A stretch of 64,000 nt of DNA from Chloroflexota bacterium (GCA_021802585.1 JAJZRQ010000002.1:7919-71918); one strand, 5' to 3'; shown: positions 50,884-61,708, counted from the stretch's first letter. A program made the numbers and translations. The notes: generated from the letters alone by a model not told the origin.

Positions 50884-53800
50884 GCGGGCCCGCCCGGCTC
50901 CAGGCCCTCCGCCTCCAGGGCTTCAAATCGTTCGCCGAGCGGACGGTCGTGGAGTTCGTTCCCGGGATCAACGCCGTCGTCGGGCCGAACGGCTCGGGGA
51001 AGAGCAACCTCGCGGACGCCCTCCGCTGGGCGCTTGGCGAGCAGGGCCGGGCGCTCCGCTCGCGGCGCGCGGAGGACGTCGTCTTCGCCGGCTCGGAGCG
51101 CCGTCCGGCGATGGGGATGGCCGACGTCGCGATCGTCCTCGACAACGTCGACGGCCTCGTCCCCGTCGACTACGCGGTCCTCGAGGTCGGCCGGCGGCTG
51201 TTCCGGTCGGGCGAGAACGACTACCTCGTGAACCGCCAGCGGGTGCGCCTGCGGGATCTCGCGGAGCTCCTCGACGCGGCCCACCTCGCCGACAACGCAT
51301 TCCTCTTCATCGGGCAGGGGATGGTCGACCAGGCCCTCGCGCTGCGTCCGGAGGAGCGGCGCCCGCTCTTCGAGGAGGTGGCCGGGGTCCGGCGCCACGA
51401 GCGCCGGCGCCGGCGCGCCGAGGAGCAGCTCCTCGAGGCGGAGGGCAACCTCGCGCGCGTCGAGGACATCCTCGCCGAGCTCCGGCCGCAGCTGCGGCGC
51501 CTCGCGGCGCAGGCCGAGCAACAGGCCTCGCGGGCCCGCGCGGGCGACGAGCTCGCCGCGGCGCTCGTCGCGACGTTCGGCGTGCGATGGCACGAGGCGG
51601 CGACGGGATCGCGCGCAGCCGAGGCGGCCCTCGCGCGGGCCCGCGCCGCGGCGGCCGCGGCGCTCGATGCCCTCCGGTCCGCGGAGCAGCGCGCCGCCGC
51701 GGCCGCCGACGACCTCGCGGCGAGCGCGGCCGTCGAAGTAGAGCGCCGGGCCGCGCACGAGGCGGCGCGCGCGACCCTCGCCGCGCTCGACGTCGCGGCC
51801 GCCGCCGCGACGGCCGACGAGGCGTCGTTCGCCCGCGACGGCGACCGCCTCGGGCGCGAGCGGGCCGCGGCGGACGCCGAGCTCGCCGAGCGGCGCCGCG
51901 AGCTCGCCCTCCCCGTTCCTCCCCCCGACCATGCCCTCGATGGCGAGCTCGCGGAGCTCGACCGGGCGCTCGCCGAGGCCCGCGCCGAGGCCGCCACCCT
52001 CCGGGCGGCCCGGGCCCGTCGCTCGGAGGCGGAAGCGGCCCTCCGTCGCGCCGCCGACGCGCGAGCCGACGAGCTGGCCGGTCTCCGGCGGCGGCTCGAC
52101 GCGGCCGACCGGGCCCACGCCGACGCCGTCGCGGCCGAGGAGCAGGCGAAGGCGCGGCTGGCTCCCGCCGCCGCCGCGCTCGACGCGGCGCGCGAACGTC
52201 TGGAGGCCGCCCGCGCGGCGGACGACGGGGCGCGGGAGGGGCGCGACGGCGCCCGTCGGGCGCTCGCGGAAGCCGAAGCGGGCCGCCTGGGCGCGGCGGA
52301 CGACGCTGCCAGCGCCCGGTCACGCGCGGCTACGGTGCGTGGTCGGGCGGAGGCGCTCCGCGCCCGCGTCGCCATCGACGAGGACCGCGGGATCGCCGCG
52401 GCGGCGCGCCGCGCCGGGGGCCTCCCGCTCGCCGCGAACCTCGACCTCGACCCCGCTCTCCGCCCGCTCGTCGGGGCAGCGCTCGGCGATCTCGGGCGGA
52501 GCTTCGTCGTGTCCCGCGCCGCGGTCGCGCGCCTCGCCGCCGAGCGCGGGATCCTCGTTCTCGGGGACCCCGCCGGCGCGGGTGCCCTGGCCCCCGGCCA
52601 GGAGGAGAGCGCCGCCGTGCGGCGACGCGCCGAGCGCCACGGTGGCGGCCTGCTCGGCGATGCCGTCCGCTCTGACCCGACGGGCACGGTCCGCCGGCTC
52701 CTCGCCCGCTGGGCCTGGGCCCCGACGCTCGCCGACGCGGTGGAGCTCGCCGGCACCCTGCCGGCAGGCTGGCGGGTCGCCGCGCGCGACCGGGGCCTCG
52801 TCGGGAGCGAGGGCGTCGTCGACCTCGCCGTGCGCGAGACGCCGCTTGACCGGCGGGCTGAGCTCGAGGCCGCGGACCGCGAGCTCACCGCGGCGGAGAT
52901 TGAGGTCGCCGCTGCCGCGGCGCGGCTCGTCGACGCGGACACCGCCGCCGGCGCGGCCCGCGAGCTCGCCGAGGCGGCGCGACGCGCGGAGGGCGAGGCG
53001 GCCGCCGGCCGGCGGGCCGCGGAGGAGTCCGAGCGGCAGGCCGGCCGCACGGCAGAGCACGCCGCGCGCGAGGCGGGCTGGGCCGAGGCGCGGGCGGTCG
53101 CGCAGCGCGCCGAGCGGGAGCGGATCGCGGAGCGCCTCGCAGCCCTCGAGGTGGCGGTGCCGGCCGGCCTGTCCGCGGTCCCGGCCGCCGACGGTCGCGC
53201 GCGGGATGTTCGCGCCGACGGGGACGACGGGGCCGATGCCCTCGCGGCCTGGGAGGCGCGGGCCGCCGAGCTCGCCGGCCGGCGCGACGGGCTCGCGGCG
53301 GTGCGCGCCGCGCGCGATGCCGAGCGGCGGGCTGCGGAGGTCCGGCGCGTGCGGGCCGAGGCGGCCGCCCAGAACGCGGAGGACCGCGTCCGGCGCGCGG
53401 ACGACGAGCTCCTCGACCTCGCCCGCCGCGACGCCGAGCTGGAGGCGGGACGCGCCACGCGGGACGCGGCGCGCGCGGCGGCGGCCGCGCGCGAGCTCGC
53501 CGCCCGGTCCGCGCTCGACGCGGTGCGCGCCGCCGACGCACTGGGCCGCGAACGGCTCCGCGCCGCCGAGGCCGAGGTGGCGACCGCGCGAGAGGAGCTC
53601 CGCCGCGCCGAGGAGGCTCACCGCGGCGCCGAGGTGCGCGAGCTCGAGGCGCGGCTCGCGCTCGACGCCGTGCGAGAGCAGGCGCTCGTCGAGTTCGCCG
53701 GCCTCGGCGGACCGGGTCTCCGCGCCCTCGACCCAGACGCCGCCCCGGAGCCTCCGGAGGATGACGGCGCCACGCTCGGGGCGGCGCTCGCGACGGCAGG

Positions 53801-54545
53801 GGCCCGCTGGGCCGCGGCGACGCCGGCGGGCGAGCCCCCGGCTCCGGGGCGCCTCGGCACGCTCCGCCGCCGCTTCCACGAGCTCGGCGCGGCGAACCCG
53901 TTCGCGGTCGACGAGCATGCGGAGCTCCGGTCGCGCGTCGACGGTCTCGAGGCCCAGCGCGCCGACCTCGGGGCCGCGATCGCGAAGACGCGCGGGCTCA
54001 TCGCGGAGCTCGACGGGCTCATCGCCCGGCAGTTCCGGGCAACGTTCGAGGCTCTCGAGACGGCCTTCGACCGGCGCTTCCAGCAGCTGTTCGGGGGCGG
54101 GTTCGCGCGCCTCAGCCTGACCGATCCCGCGGATCTCGCCCAGACCGGCGTCGAGATCGTCGCCCGCCCGCCGGGCAAGAAGGCCCAGGCCCTCGCGATG
54201 CTCTCCGGTGGCGAGCGGGCGCTCACGGCCGTCGCCCTCCTCTTCGCGATGCTGGAGGTCCGGCCGGTCCCGTTCTGCGTCCTCGACGAGGTCGACGCCG
54301 CCCTCGACGAGGCGAACGTCGGTCGCTTCGTCGACGCCCTCCGCGGGCTCGCGGAGCAGACCCAGTTCGTCGTCATCACGCACAATCGGGGGACGATCGA
54401 GGCGGCGGACGCCCTGTACGGCGTGACGGTCGGCGAGGACGCGGTGAGCCGCGTCGTCAGCCTCCGGATCGAGGAGGCGCGATCGGTCGCCGCCCGGGTG
54501 CGGGCGGGACGGAACGCCGCCGTGGAGGCCACGCCCGCCGGCTGA
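50880..54545 (+). CDS. smc: Chromosome partition protein Smc
   Basis: N-terminal Walker A (VVGPNGSGKSNLADAL), long Ala/Arg/Glu coiled coils with a central hinge, and C-terminal LSGGERALTAVALLFA and CVLDEVDAALD. GTG 50880 overlaps the rnc stop. Confidence 0.93.
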   Translation: MSGPARLQALRLQGFKSFAERTVVEFVPGINAVVGPNGSGKSNLADALRWALGEQGRALRSRRAEDVVFAGSERRPAMGMADVAIVLDNVDGLVPVDYAVLEVGRRLFRSGENDYLVNRQRVRLRDLAELLDAAHLADNAFLFIGQGMVDQALALRPEERRPLFEEVAGVRRHERRRRRAEEQLLEAEGNLARVEDILAELRPQLRRLAAQAEQQASRARAGDELAAALVATFGVRWHEAATGSRAAEAALARARAAAAAALDALRSAEQRAAAAADDLAASAAVEVERRAAHEAARATLAALDVAAAAATADEASFARDGDRLGRERAAADAELAERRRELALPVPPPDHALDGELAELDRALAEARAEAATLRAARARRSEAEAALRRAADARADELAGLRRRLDAADRAHADAVAAEEQAKARLAPAAAALDAARERLEAARAADDGAREGRDGARRALAEAEAGRLGAADDAASARSRAATVRGRAEALRARVAIDEDRGIAAAARRAGGLPLAANLDLDPALRPLVGAALGDLGRSFVVSRAAVARLAAERGILVLGDPAGAGALAPGQEESAAVRRRAERHGGGLLGDAVRSDPTGTVRRLLARWAWAPTLADAVELAGTLPAGWRVAARDRGLVGSEGVVDLAVRETPLDRRAELEAADRELTAAEIEVAAAAARLVDADTAAGAARELAEAARRAEGEAAAGRRAAEESERQAGRTAEHAAREAGWAEARAVAQRAERERIAERLAALEVAVPAGLSAVPAADGRARDVRADGDDGADALAAWEARAAELAGRRDGLAAVRAARDAERRAAEVRRVRAEAAAQNAEDRVRRADDELLDLARRDAELEAGRATRDAARAAAAARELAARSALDAVRAADALGRERLRAAEAEVATAREELRRAEEAHRGAEVRELEARLALDAVREQALVEFAGLGGPGLRALDPDAAPEPPEDDGATLGAALATAGARWAAATPAGEPPAPGRLGTLRRRFHELGAANPFAVDEHAELRSRVDGLEAQRADLGAAIAKTRGLIAELDGLIARQFRATFEALETAFDRRFQQLFGGGFARLSLTDPADLAQTGVEIVARPPGKKAQALAMLSGGERALTAVALLFAMLEVRPVPFCVLDEVDAALDEANVGRFVDALRGLAEQTQFVVITHNRGTIEAADALYGVTVGEDAVSRVVSLRIEEARSVAARVRAGRNAAVEATPAG

Positions 54546-54570
54546 CGCCGGCGGCGAGCGGGGAGGCACG

Positions 54571-55662
54571 ATGTTCTGGCGACGGAGGCCGCGCGACGAG
54601 ACCGGGCCGGTCGAGGCCGCGATCGTGATCCCGGACGATGCTCCCGCCCCCGACGCGGAGAGCGAGGCCGAGCTCGCCGCCGCTGCGCCGGGGCCTTCTG
54701 CTGACGCGGCCAGCCCCGAGGCCGAGCTGGCCGCCGCCACGCCCGACCCCGCGGCGGGCGAGCGGATCGTCGACGGCGACCTCGCCGCGGGCGTCGCCCG
54801 GAGCCGGGGCGGGTTCATTGCCCGTCTCCGGGGCGCCCTCGGCCTCGGCGACCCGGACACGGCGACGTGGGAGGAGGTCGAGGAGACCCTCATCGCCGGC
54901 GACGTCGGCGCGGCCCTCGCGATCGAGATCGTCGAGCGGGCGCGCCGGCGCCGCCATCCCGACGGCCCGGAAGCGGCCGTCCGCGAGGAGCTCGCGGCGC
55001 TCCTCGCGCCGCGCGCGGCGACGTGGCGGTTCGATCCCGCCGCGCCGGGGGCCCCCGCCGTCGTTCTCGTCGTCGGGGTGAACGGCACCGGCAAGACGAC
55101 GACGATCGGCAAGATCGCCGCCCGTGAGCGAGCCGCAGGGCGGACCGTCGTGCTCGCCGCCGGCGACACCTTCCGGGCGGCGGCGATCGAGCAGCTCCGC
55201 GCGTGGGGGGACCGGGCGGGGGCCCCCGTCGTCGCCCACGGGCCGGGCGCCGACCCGGCGGCCGTCGTCTACGACGCCCTCGACGCGGCGATCGCGCGGC
55301 GCGCCGACGTCCTCGTTGCCGACACGGCCGGCCGTCTCCACACGAAGTCGAACCTCATGGAGGAGCTGGCGAAGATGCGCCGGGTCATCGACCGGCGCCT
55401 GCCCGGCGCCCGCCCGGAGGTCCTCTTCGTCCTCGACGCGACGACGGGCCAGAACGGCCTCGCGCAGGCGCGCGCGTTCCACGACGCGACCGGCCTCACC
55501 GGGATCGTCCTCACGAAGCTCGACTCGACGGCGAAGGGCGGGATCGTCTTCGCGATCGAGCACGCCCTCGGCGTCCCCGTCCGCTTCGTCGGGGTGGGGG
55601 AGAAGGTCGGGGACCTCCTGCCGTTCGACCCCGACGCCTTCGTCGCCGCGCTCTTCGCCTGA
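54571..55662 (+). CDS. ftsY: Signal recognition particle receptor FtsY
   Basis: Acidic N-terminus then the NG domain (VVGVNGTGKTTTIGKIA, DTAGRLH, TKLDSTAKGG). Confidence 0.93.
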   Translation: MFWRRRPRDETGPVEAAIVIPDDAPAPDAESEAELAAAAPGPSADAASPEAELAAATPDPAAGERIVDGDLAAGVARSRGGFIARLRGALGLGDPDTATWEEVEETLIAGDVGAALAIEIVERARRRRHPDGPEAAVREELAALLAPRAATWRFDPAAPGAPAVVLVVGVNGTGKTTTIGKIAARERAAGRTVVLAAGDTFRAAAIEQLRAWGDRAGAPVVAHGPGADPAAVVYDALDAAIARRADVLVADTAGRLHTKSNLMEELAKMRRVIDRRLPGARPEVLFVLDATTGQNGLAQARAFHDATGLTGIVLTKLDSTAKGGIVFAIEHALGVPVRFVGVGEKVGDLLPFDPDAFVAALFA

Positions 55663-55747
55663 CGGGCGGCGCCCGGAAGGCGGGCGGAGGCCCGGATGCG
55701 GGCGGAGACCCGGACCATCGGACGGCGGCGCGGGGCCGGCGATGCGG

Positions 55748-55753
55748 TAGACT
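55748..55753 (+). promoter_or_regulatory. Candidate -10 (TAGACT) for ffh
   Basis: gcggTAGACTgcggg in the 183-nt ftsY-ffh gap, 92 nt upstream of the ATG. Confidence 0.35.
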
Positions 55754-55844
55754 GCGGGCGCCCCGGTGTCGCCAGAACCCGCGCACCACCCGTGGAGCGC
55801 CGTCCGCGCCCTCCGACCCCGGTCCACAGGAGCCCCGGCACCGC

Positions 55845-57164
55845 ATGTTCGACGCCCTCTCCGACCGCCTCCGCAGGACGCTGGCGACGCTCACCGGCCG
55901 CGGCCGCGTGAGCGAGGCCGACGTCGACGCGGCGATGCGCGAGGTCCGGCTCGCCCTCCTCGAGGCCGACGTGAACTTCCGGGTCGTGAAGGACTTCACG
56001 ACCCGGGTCCGGGAGCGCGCCGTCGGGGCGGAGGTCCTCGAGTCACTCACGGCCGGTCAGCAGGTCGTCAAGATCGTCCACGAGGAGCTCACCGCGCTCC
56101 TCTCCGGCGGGGACCGGACGTTCCACCTCGCCGGCAGCCCCGCGGTCGTCGCGCTCGTCGGCCTCCAGGGCTCGGGGAAGACGACGTCCGCGGCGAAGCT
56201 CGCCCGTCATGTCGTGCGCCTCGGCCGCCGGCCGATCCTCGTCGCCGCGGATCCCTACCGGCCTGCGGCCGTCGAGCAGCTCGCGACCCTCGGCCGGGCG
56301 CTCGACGTCCCCGTCTTCTCCGCCCCTCCCGGGACGCCCGTGGCGGAGATCGGGCGTCTGGGCATCGAGGCGGCCCGTCGCGAGGTCCGTGACACGGTGA
56401 TCCTCGACACGGCCGGCCGTCTGACGGTCGACGACGTCCTCATGGCCGAGGTCGCCGACCTCGCCCGCGCCGTGAAGCCCGTGGAGACGCTCCTCGTCGT
56501 CGACGCGATGGTCGGCCAGGAGGCGGTGGCGGTCGCCCAGGCGTTCGCCGCCGCCGTCCCGCTCACCGGGCTCGTCCTGACGAAGATCGACGGCGACGCG
56601 CGGGGCGGGGCCGCGCTCTCGATCAGCGCCGTCACGGGCCTTCCCGTGAAGTTCCTCGGGACGGGCGAGAAGACCGACGCCCTCGAGCCGTTCCACCCGG
56701 ACCGCCTCGCGGGCCGAATCCTGGGGATGGGCGACGTGCTCACCCTTGTCGAGCGGGCCCAGGAGGCATTCGACCAGAAGCAGGCCGAGAAGACGGCCGC
56801 GCGGCTCCAGGCCGGCAGCTTCACCCTCGACGACATGCTCGAGCAGCTCCAGCAGGTGAAGAAGATGGGCCCGCTCGGCCAGGTGATCGAGATGATCCCG
56901 GGCCTCGGCGGGATGGCGAAGCAGGCGCAGGAGTCGGTCGACCGGGGTGACCTGCGGCGGACGGAGGCGATCATCCGCTCGATGACGCCGGTCGAGCGGC
57001 GCGATCCCGACGTCCTCAATGCGAGCCGGCGGCGGAGGATCGCCACGGGCTCCGGCACGTCGATCGCCGAGGTGAACCGCCTCGTCAGGCAGTTCGCCGA
57101 CATGCAGAAGCTCATGAAGCAGCTCCGCGGGGGTCGCCGGATCCCCGGGGTCTTCGGCCGCTGA
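55845..57164 (+). CDS. ffh: Signal recognition particle protein Ffh
   Basis: [44 protein letters not shown] and the Met-rich M domain. Start is ATG 55845 within track ORF 55203-57164. Confidence 0.95.
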   Translation: MFDALSDRLRRTLATLTGRGRVSEADVDAAMREVRLALLEADVNFRVVKDFTTRVRERAVGAEVLESLTAGQQVVKIVHEELTALLSGGDRTFHLAGSPAVVALVGLQGSGKTTSAAKLARHVVRLGRRPILVAADPYRPAAVEQLATLGRALDVPVFSAPPGTPVAEIGRLGIEAARREVRDTVILDTAGRLTVDDVLMAEVADLARAVKPVETLLVVDAMVGQEAVAVAQAFAAAVPLTGLVLTKIDGDARGGAALSISAVTGLPVKFLGTGEKTDALEPFHPDRLAGRILGMGDVLTLVERAQEAFDQKQAEKTAARLQAGSFTLDDMLEQLQQVKKMGPLGQVIEMIPGLGGMAKQAQESVDRGDLRRTEAIIRSMTPVERRDPDVLNASRRRRIATGSGTSIAEVNRLVRQFADMQKLMKQLRGGRRIPGVFGR

Positions 57165-57182
57165 GGTCGGGGGAGGGTACGC

Positions 57183-59003
57183 ATGGACGAGATGGACCAG
57201 GGCTCCGAGCTCGGAGCTGCGCCCGCAGCGCCCCCGGCGGAGGCCGTCGAGCCTCCGGCCGACGCAGGCGCGGCGACGGCCCCCGTCACGGCGCCCGCCG
57301 CCGGGGTCGAGGCCCCCTCGGCGCCGGCGAAGCGGCCGACCGGCCTCGCCCGGTGGGGTGTCGCCCTCATCGCTCTCGCGGTCGCCGTCGGCGTCGTCTC
57401 GGTAGCGGCCGCGATCCTCGCCGCCGGGGGCTCCTCGTCGACGGTCCAGGGCTGGCTCCCGAAGGACACCGTCGCGTACCTCGAGGTCCGCGCCGACCTC
57501 CCCGGCGACCAGCGGACGAACGTCGGGAACCTCCTCGCGAAGTTCCCCGGCTTCGCCGACCAGTCGACGCTCGACGCGAAGATCGACGAGGCCCTCGACC
57601 GGATGCTCGAGGGCTCGGGTGTCAGCTGGACGAAGGACGTCAAGCCGTGGCTCGGGGGCGAGGTCGGGTACGCGGTCACGACGGCCGCCTTCGCCGCCGC
57701 CAGGGCCGAGGGCCTCGGTTCCGGCGCCCTCGGCGGGATGGCGCCGGCGACGATGCCCGAGGACGGGTTCGTCGCCCTCGTCTCCGTGAAGGACGCCGCG
57801 GCGGCCAGCGCCTGGGTCGGCTCGAAGCTCGGCGGCACGCAGTCGACCGAGGCGTACGCCGGCGGCGACCTCACCGTCGTCTCCGGCGGCGCCGCGGACG
57901 GCGCGGCGTTCGCGGTCCGGGGCAGCGTCCTGCTCCTCGGCCCGCAGAAGGCAGTGAAGGCCGCCCTCGACACGGGCGGGAAGAGCGCCGTGGCGTCGTC
58001 CGCGTCGTTCGCGGCTGCCCGGAAGACCGCCCCGAGCGCGTACCTCGGCTACGGGTTCATCGACCTCAAGGCATTCGTCGACGCGGCGCTCGCCGCGGCC
58101 GGCGACCAGTCGTCGACCGTCCCGCAGGCCTGCCTCGACAGCATCGTCGCGGGGATCCCCGCGTGGGCCGCCGGGTCGGCGCGTGCGGAGGACGCCGCCC
58201 TCGTCTTCGAGGCGTCGAGCGCCGCGACCGGGACGGCCGGCGCAGCGGGCCCGAGCGCGATCGCCAGCCACCTTCCCGCCACGACCGTCGCCGCCGTCGA
58301 GGTCCGCGACTTCGGCCCCGGCCTCGTGGACGGGCTCGCACGGCTGAAGGACCAGCTTGCCTGCGACCCGTCCGCCGCGGCCACGGTCGAGCAGGTCGAG
58401 GAGGCCCTCATGGCCCTCGGCGGCGCCGAGGCCCTCGTCGGCTGGGCCGGCGATGCGGCCCTGGCGGTCGAGTACAACGGGGGGACATTCGGCGGCGGGT
58501 TCGCGACCGTCGTCACGGACGAGGCGGCCGCGGGTCGCACCCTCGACCAGGTCCGGTCGCTCGTCGCCCTCGGTGGGTCGAGTGCCGGCATCTCCGTCCA
58601 CGAGGAGTCGTTCGGCTCGGGGACCCTCCTCGTCGTCGACGTGCCGTCGTCCGTCGGGGCCGAGGTCCCGCAGATCGCCGCGACCGTCCAGGGCGGCGTC
58701 TTCGTCGTCGGGACGATCGACTTCGTCAAGTCCGTCGTCGGCGTCGTCGCGAACTCGTCGCTCGCCACGACCGTCGCCTACACGCGGGCGATGTCGGCGG
58801 CGGGCGGCGACGGGGTGAGCGACGTCTACGTCGACCTCGCGGGGATCCGGCGCGCGGTCGAGGCGACGATGCCGGCCGCCGAGAAGGCCCGCTACGAGAC
58901 CGAGGTCAAGCCGTACATCGAGCCGTTCGAGGCGTTCGCCTCGGTGGCGAAGGGGCCCGGCACGAGCGCCGTGTCCCGCGCCGTCATCACGTTCACGAAG
59001 TAG
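57183..59003 (+). CDS. Membrane-anchored extracytoplasmic protein of unknown function (DUF3352-like)
   Basis: 606 aa: Ala/Pro-rich N-terminus, one TM ([22 protein letters not shown]), then a large non-repetitive domain ([34 protein letters not shown]...). The family assignment is from memory only. Confidence 0.55.
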   Translation: MDEMDQGSELGAAPAAPPAEAVEPPADAGAATAPVTAPAAGVEAPSAPAKRPTGLARWGVALIALAVAVGVVSVAAAILAAGGSSSTVQGWLPKDTVAYLEVRADLPGDQRTNVGNLLAKFPGFADQSTLDAKIDEALDRMLEGSGVSWTKDVKPWLGGEVGYAVTTAAFAAARAEGLGSGALGGMAPATMPEDGFVALVSVKDAAAASAWVGSKLGGTQSTEAYAGGDLTVVSGGAADGAAFAVRGSVLLLGPQKAVKAALDTGGKSAVASSASFAAARKTAPSAYLGYGFIDLKAFVDAALAAAGDQSSTVPQACLDSIVAGIPAWAAGSARAEDAALVFEASSAATGTAGAAGPSAIASHLPATTVAAVEVRDFGPGLVDGLARLKDQLACDPSAAATVEQVEEALMALGGAEALVGWAGDAALAVEYNGGTFGGGFATVVTDEAAAGRTLDQVRSLVALGGSSAGISVHEESFGSGTLLVVDVPSSVGAEVPQIAATVQGGVFVVGTIDFVKSVVGVVANSSLATTVAYTRAMSAAGGDGVSDVYVDLAGIRRAVEATMPAAEKARYETEVKPYIEPFEAFASVAKGPGTSAVSRAVITFTK

Positions 59004-59065
59004 GAGCAGACGGAAGGGTCGAAGGCGGCCCGGCGTCCCCAGCACAGGAGGTTCCCGCACCCAAG

Positions 59066-59320
59066 ATGGCAGCCCGCATCCGCCTCACCCGCGTCGGCGC
59101 GACGAAACAGCCGACGTACCGCGTCGTCGTCGCCGACAGCCGCTCGCCGCGCGACGGCCGGGCCCTCGAGATCCTTGGGCACTACAACCCGCGCACCGAG
59201 CCGGTCGAGTTCTCCGTCGACGTCGACAAGACGAAGGCCTGGCTCGCGAAGGGCGCGCTGCCGAGCGACACCGTCGCCCGGCTCCTCCGGTCGGCCGGCG
59301 TCCTGCCGGCCGCGAAGTAG
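59066..59320 (+). CDS. rpsP: 30S ribosomal protein S16
   Basis: [42 protein letters not shown]. Confidence 0.93.
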   Translation: MAARIRLTRVGATKQPTYRVVVADSRSPRDGRALEILGHYNPRTEPVEFSVDVDKTKAWLAKGALPSDTVARLLRSAGVLPAAK

Positions 59321-59334
59321 GGGAGGGGCCCGCG

Positions 59335-59568
59335 ATGGCCGCACCCCAGCTTGTCGAGTACGTCGCCAAGTCGCTCGTCGACCACCCGGAGCAGGTGGAG
59401 GTCGTCGTCAGCCGCGAGGCCGGCGCGACCGTCATCGAGCTCCGCGTCGCCGAGGACGACATGGGCAAGGTGATCGGCCGGAACGGCAGCGTCGCCAAGG
59501 CGCTGCGGACGCTCCTCAAGGTCGTCTCGGCCCGCGACGGCGAGCAGTTCCAGCTGGAGATCGTCTGA
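59335..59568 (+). CDS. KH-domain RNA-binding protein (YlqC-like)
   Basis: VAEDDMGKVIGRNGSVAKALRTLLK (GxxG KH motif), between rpsP and rimM. Confidence 0.85.
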   Translation: MAAPQLVEYVAKSLVDHPEQVEVVVSREAGATVIELRVAEDDMGKVIGRNGSVAKALRTLLKVVSARDGEQFQLEIV

Positions 59569-60332
59569 TCGAGCCCCGGGACGTCCCGGACCGCCGCCTC
59601 GTCGTCGGGCGGGTCCGGGGCCTCCACGGCGTCCGTGGCGCAATGCGGGTCGAGGTCCTCACCGACCGGCCCGCGGAGCGCTTCGCCGTCGGCGCGCGCC
59701 TCCTCCGCGAGGGCGTGTCCGGGGCCCTGACGATCGTCGAGTCGCGCCCGGCCGACCCCGGCTGGGTCATCCGCTTCCGCGAGGTGCGGAGCCGGGACGC
59801 CGCCGAGGGGTTCCGCCTCGCGTACCTCGAGGTCGAGGCCGGCCCGGGCGACGTCCTGCCGCGCGGCACGTACTACTGGCACGAGATCGTCGGCGCCGTC
59901 GTCCGCGACCTCGAAGGACGGGCGCTCGGCACGGTCCGCGACGTCTATCGCACGGGCGGAGCGGACGTCCTCGAGGTGACAGGCGGGCCGCGGGGAGACT
60001 TCGACCTCCCGATCGTGCGGCCGTTCGTCCGGATCTTCGCCCCGCGGCGGGGCGAGATCGTGGCCGACGCCGGCGCGCTCGACCTCCCCGCGGCGGGGTC
60101 GATCGCCCCGCCGCCCCCGCCGCGCCCGCCCCGGCCGCGCCGGGCGACCCGCCGCCGACCGGCAGTCCCGGTGACGCCGCGCCCGGCGCCCCCCGCCGCG
60201 GGGCAGGAGGCGGCGGGAACGCCGGCGGACGGGACGACGAGCGACCCGATGGTCGCCGGGACCTCCTCCCCGGCACCGGGCGCCGCGGACGGCGCTGCGG
60301 AGGCCGCCCCCGGCGACGCGAGGACGGCCTGA
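59565..60332 (+). CDS. rimM: 16S rRNA processing protein RimM with Pro/Ala-rich C-terminal tail; start codon non-canonical or uncertain
   Basis: RLVVGRVRGLHGVRGAMRVEVLTDRPAERF and YYWHEIVGAVVRD motifs. There is no in-frame ATG/GTG/TTG between TTG 59175 (implausible) and the conserved N-terminus. CTG 59565 overlaps the KH-gene stop as CTGA. Confidence 0.75.
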   Translation: MIEPRDVPDRRLVVGRVRGLHGVRGAMRVEVLTDRPAERFAVGARLLREGVSGALTIVESRPADPGWVIRFREVRSRDAAEGFRLAYLEVEAGPGDVLPRGTYYWHEIVGAVVRDLEGRALGTVRDVYRTGGADVLEVTGGPRGDFDLPIVRPFVRIFAPRRGEIVADAGALDLPAAGSIAPPPPPRPPRPRRATRRRPAVPVTPRPAPPAAGQEAAGTPADGTTSDPMVAGTSSPAPGAADGAAEAAPGDARTA

Positions 60333-60334
60333 GG

Positions 60335-61108
60335 ATGGCCCTCGAGATCGACCTCGTCACCCTCTTCCCGGCAATGGTCGCGGCCCCCCTCGCTGCGAGC
60401 ATCCCCGGGCGGATCCAGGAGCAGGGCCTCGCGGCGGTGCGCGTCCACGACCTGCGGGCCTGGGGCCTGGGGCGCCACCGGAGCGTCGACGACGCGCCGT
60501 ACGGCGGCGGGGCCGGGATGATCCTCCGGCCGGAGCCGGTCGCGGCCGCACTCGCCGCCCTCCGCCGTCCCGACTCGACGGTCATCCTCCTGGACCCGGC
60601 CGGGGAGCCGTTCCGCCAGGCCCGCGCCGAGGACCTCGCGACGCGCCCGCACCTCGTCCTCGTCTGTCCCCGCTACGAGGGCGTCGACGATCGGATCCGG
60701 GGGATGGTCGACCTCGAGCTCTCGATCGGTGACTACGTTCTCACCGGCGGCGAGCTCGCGGCCCTCGTCGTCGTCGACGCCGTCCTCCGCCTCCTCCCTG
60801 GCGCGATCGAGGCCGCCTCGCTCGAGGACGAGTCGTTCGCGCGGGGGCTCCTCGAGTACCCCCAGTACACGCGCCCGGCGATGTTCGCGGGCCAGGGCGT
60901 CCCCGACGTCCTCGTCTCGGGCGACCACGGCGCCGTGCGCCGCTGGCGGCTGCGCGAGTCGATCCGGCGGACCTTCGAGCGGCGCCCGGAGCTGCTGGCT
61001 GGCCGCGCCTGGACAGCGGAGGAGGCGCAGCTCCTCGACGAGGTCCGCTTGGCCGAGGCACCGGGTGGCGCGAGCGAACTCCCGGAGGGGTCGGCCGGCT
61101 CCGGCTGA
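60335..61108 (+). CDS. trmD: tRNA (guanine37-N1)-methyltransferase TrmD
   Basis: [26 protein letters not shown] and [14 protein letters not shown] motifs. Confidence 0.93.
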   Translation: MALEIDLVTLFPAMVAAPLAASIPGRIQEQGLAAVRVHDLRAWGLGRHRSVDDAPYGGGAGMILRPEPVAAALAALRRPDSTVILLDPAGEPFRQARAEDLATRPHLVLVCPRYEGVDDRIRGMVDLELSIGDYVLTGGELAALVVVDAVLRLLPGAIEAASLEDESFARGLLEYPQYTRPAMFAGQGVPDVLVSGDHGAVRRWRLRESIRRTFERRPELLAGRAWTAEEAQLLDEVRLAEAPGGASELPEGSAGSG

Positions 61109-61153
61109 GCGCCGCGTCGCGCCGGCCGCGGACCCTGGTGGCGCGTGGGCCCG

Positions 61154-61162
61154 TGCTATACT
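61154..61162 (+). promoter_or_regulatory. Candidate extended -10 (TGcTATACT) for rplS
   Basis: ccgTGcTATACTCCGCCgtcgg lies 96 nt upstream of GTG 61258. Confidence 0.45.
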
Positions 61163-61257
61163 CCGCCGTCGGTCGCGCCCCCGCGACCGCTTCTCCACGC
61201 CCTCGACGCGGCACGCGGGACCTCCCGGCCGCTCCCAGAGACCGACAGGGGACTCCC

Positions 61258-61605
61258 GTGAACGTGCTCGACGAGATCGTCAAGGACCAGCTCCGGAGCG
61301 ACATCCCGGACCTCGCGCCCGGCGACACCGTGAAGGTCGCCGCGAAGGTCGTCGAGGGCAACCGGGAGCGCATCCAGGTCTTCGAGGGGACGGTCCTCCG
61401 CCTGACCGGCGGCGGGATCACCCGTTCCGTGACCGTCCGGCGGATCGCCTCGGGCGTCGGCGTCGAGCGAACGTTCAAGGTCAACAGCCCGCGAATCGAC
61501 CGGATCGAGGTCGTGCGCCACGGCGTCGCCCGCCGCGCCAAGCTCTACTTCCTCCGCAAGCGCGTCGGCAAGGCCGCGACGCTCCGCGAGCGGCGCACGA
61601 GCTAG
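61258..61605 (+). CDS. rplS: 50S ribosomal protein L19
   Basis: [31 protein letters not shown]...RRAKLYFLR; GTG start within track ORF 61138-61605. Confidence 0.93.
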   Translation: MNVLDEIVKDQLRSDIPDLAPGDTVKVAAKVVEGNRERIQVFEGTVLRLTGGGITRSVTVRRIASGVGVERTFKVNSPRIDRIEVVRHGVARRAKLYFLRKRVGKAATLRERRTS

Positions 61606-61656
61606 CCTCGCCCACGGGAGGCGCGCCTCCGCCGCGTCCTCCGCCCCAGGCCCGCA

Positions 61657-61682
61657 CGGCCCCGTCGTTCGCGACGGGGCCG
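61657..61682 (+). terminator. Strong hairpin downstream of rplS
   Basis: cggccccgtcg-ttcg-cgacggggccg: perfect 11-bp stem with a UUCG tetraloop. It is preceded by the 14-nt palindrome ggaggcgcgcctcc (61617-61630). There is no U-tract. Confidence 0.5.
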
Positions 61683-61695
61683 CATCGATTCCCGG

Positions 61696-61701
61696 TACGC
61701 T
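61696..61701 (+). promoter_or_regulatory. Candidate -10 (TACGCT), 7 nt before the rnhB GTG (leaderless candidate)
   Basis: ccggTACGCTgcgcgacGTG. Confidence 0.35.
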
Positions 61702-61708
61702 GCGCGAC

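Noticed and set aside
55663-55844. A small ylxM-like ORF or an ncRNA in the 183-nt ftsY-ffh gap.
   Set aside because: There is no ORF with a start, SD and sensible composition. Only a TAGACT -10-like box is evident, and I cannot recognise any RNA family by eye.
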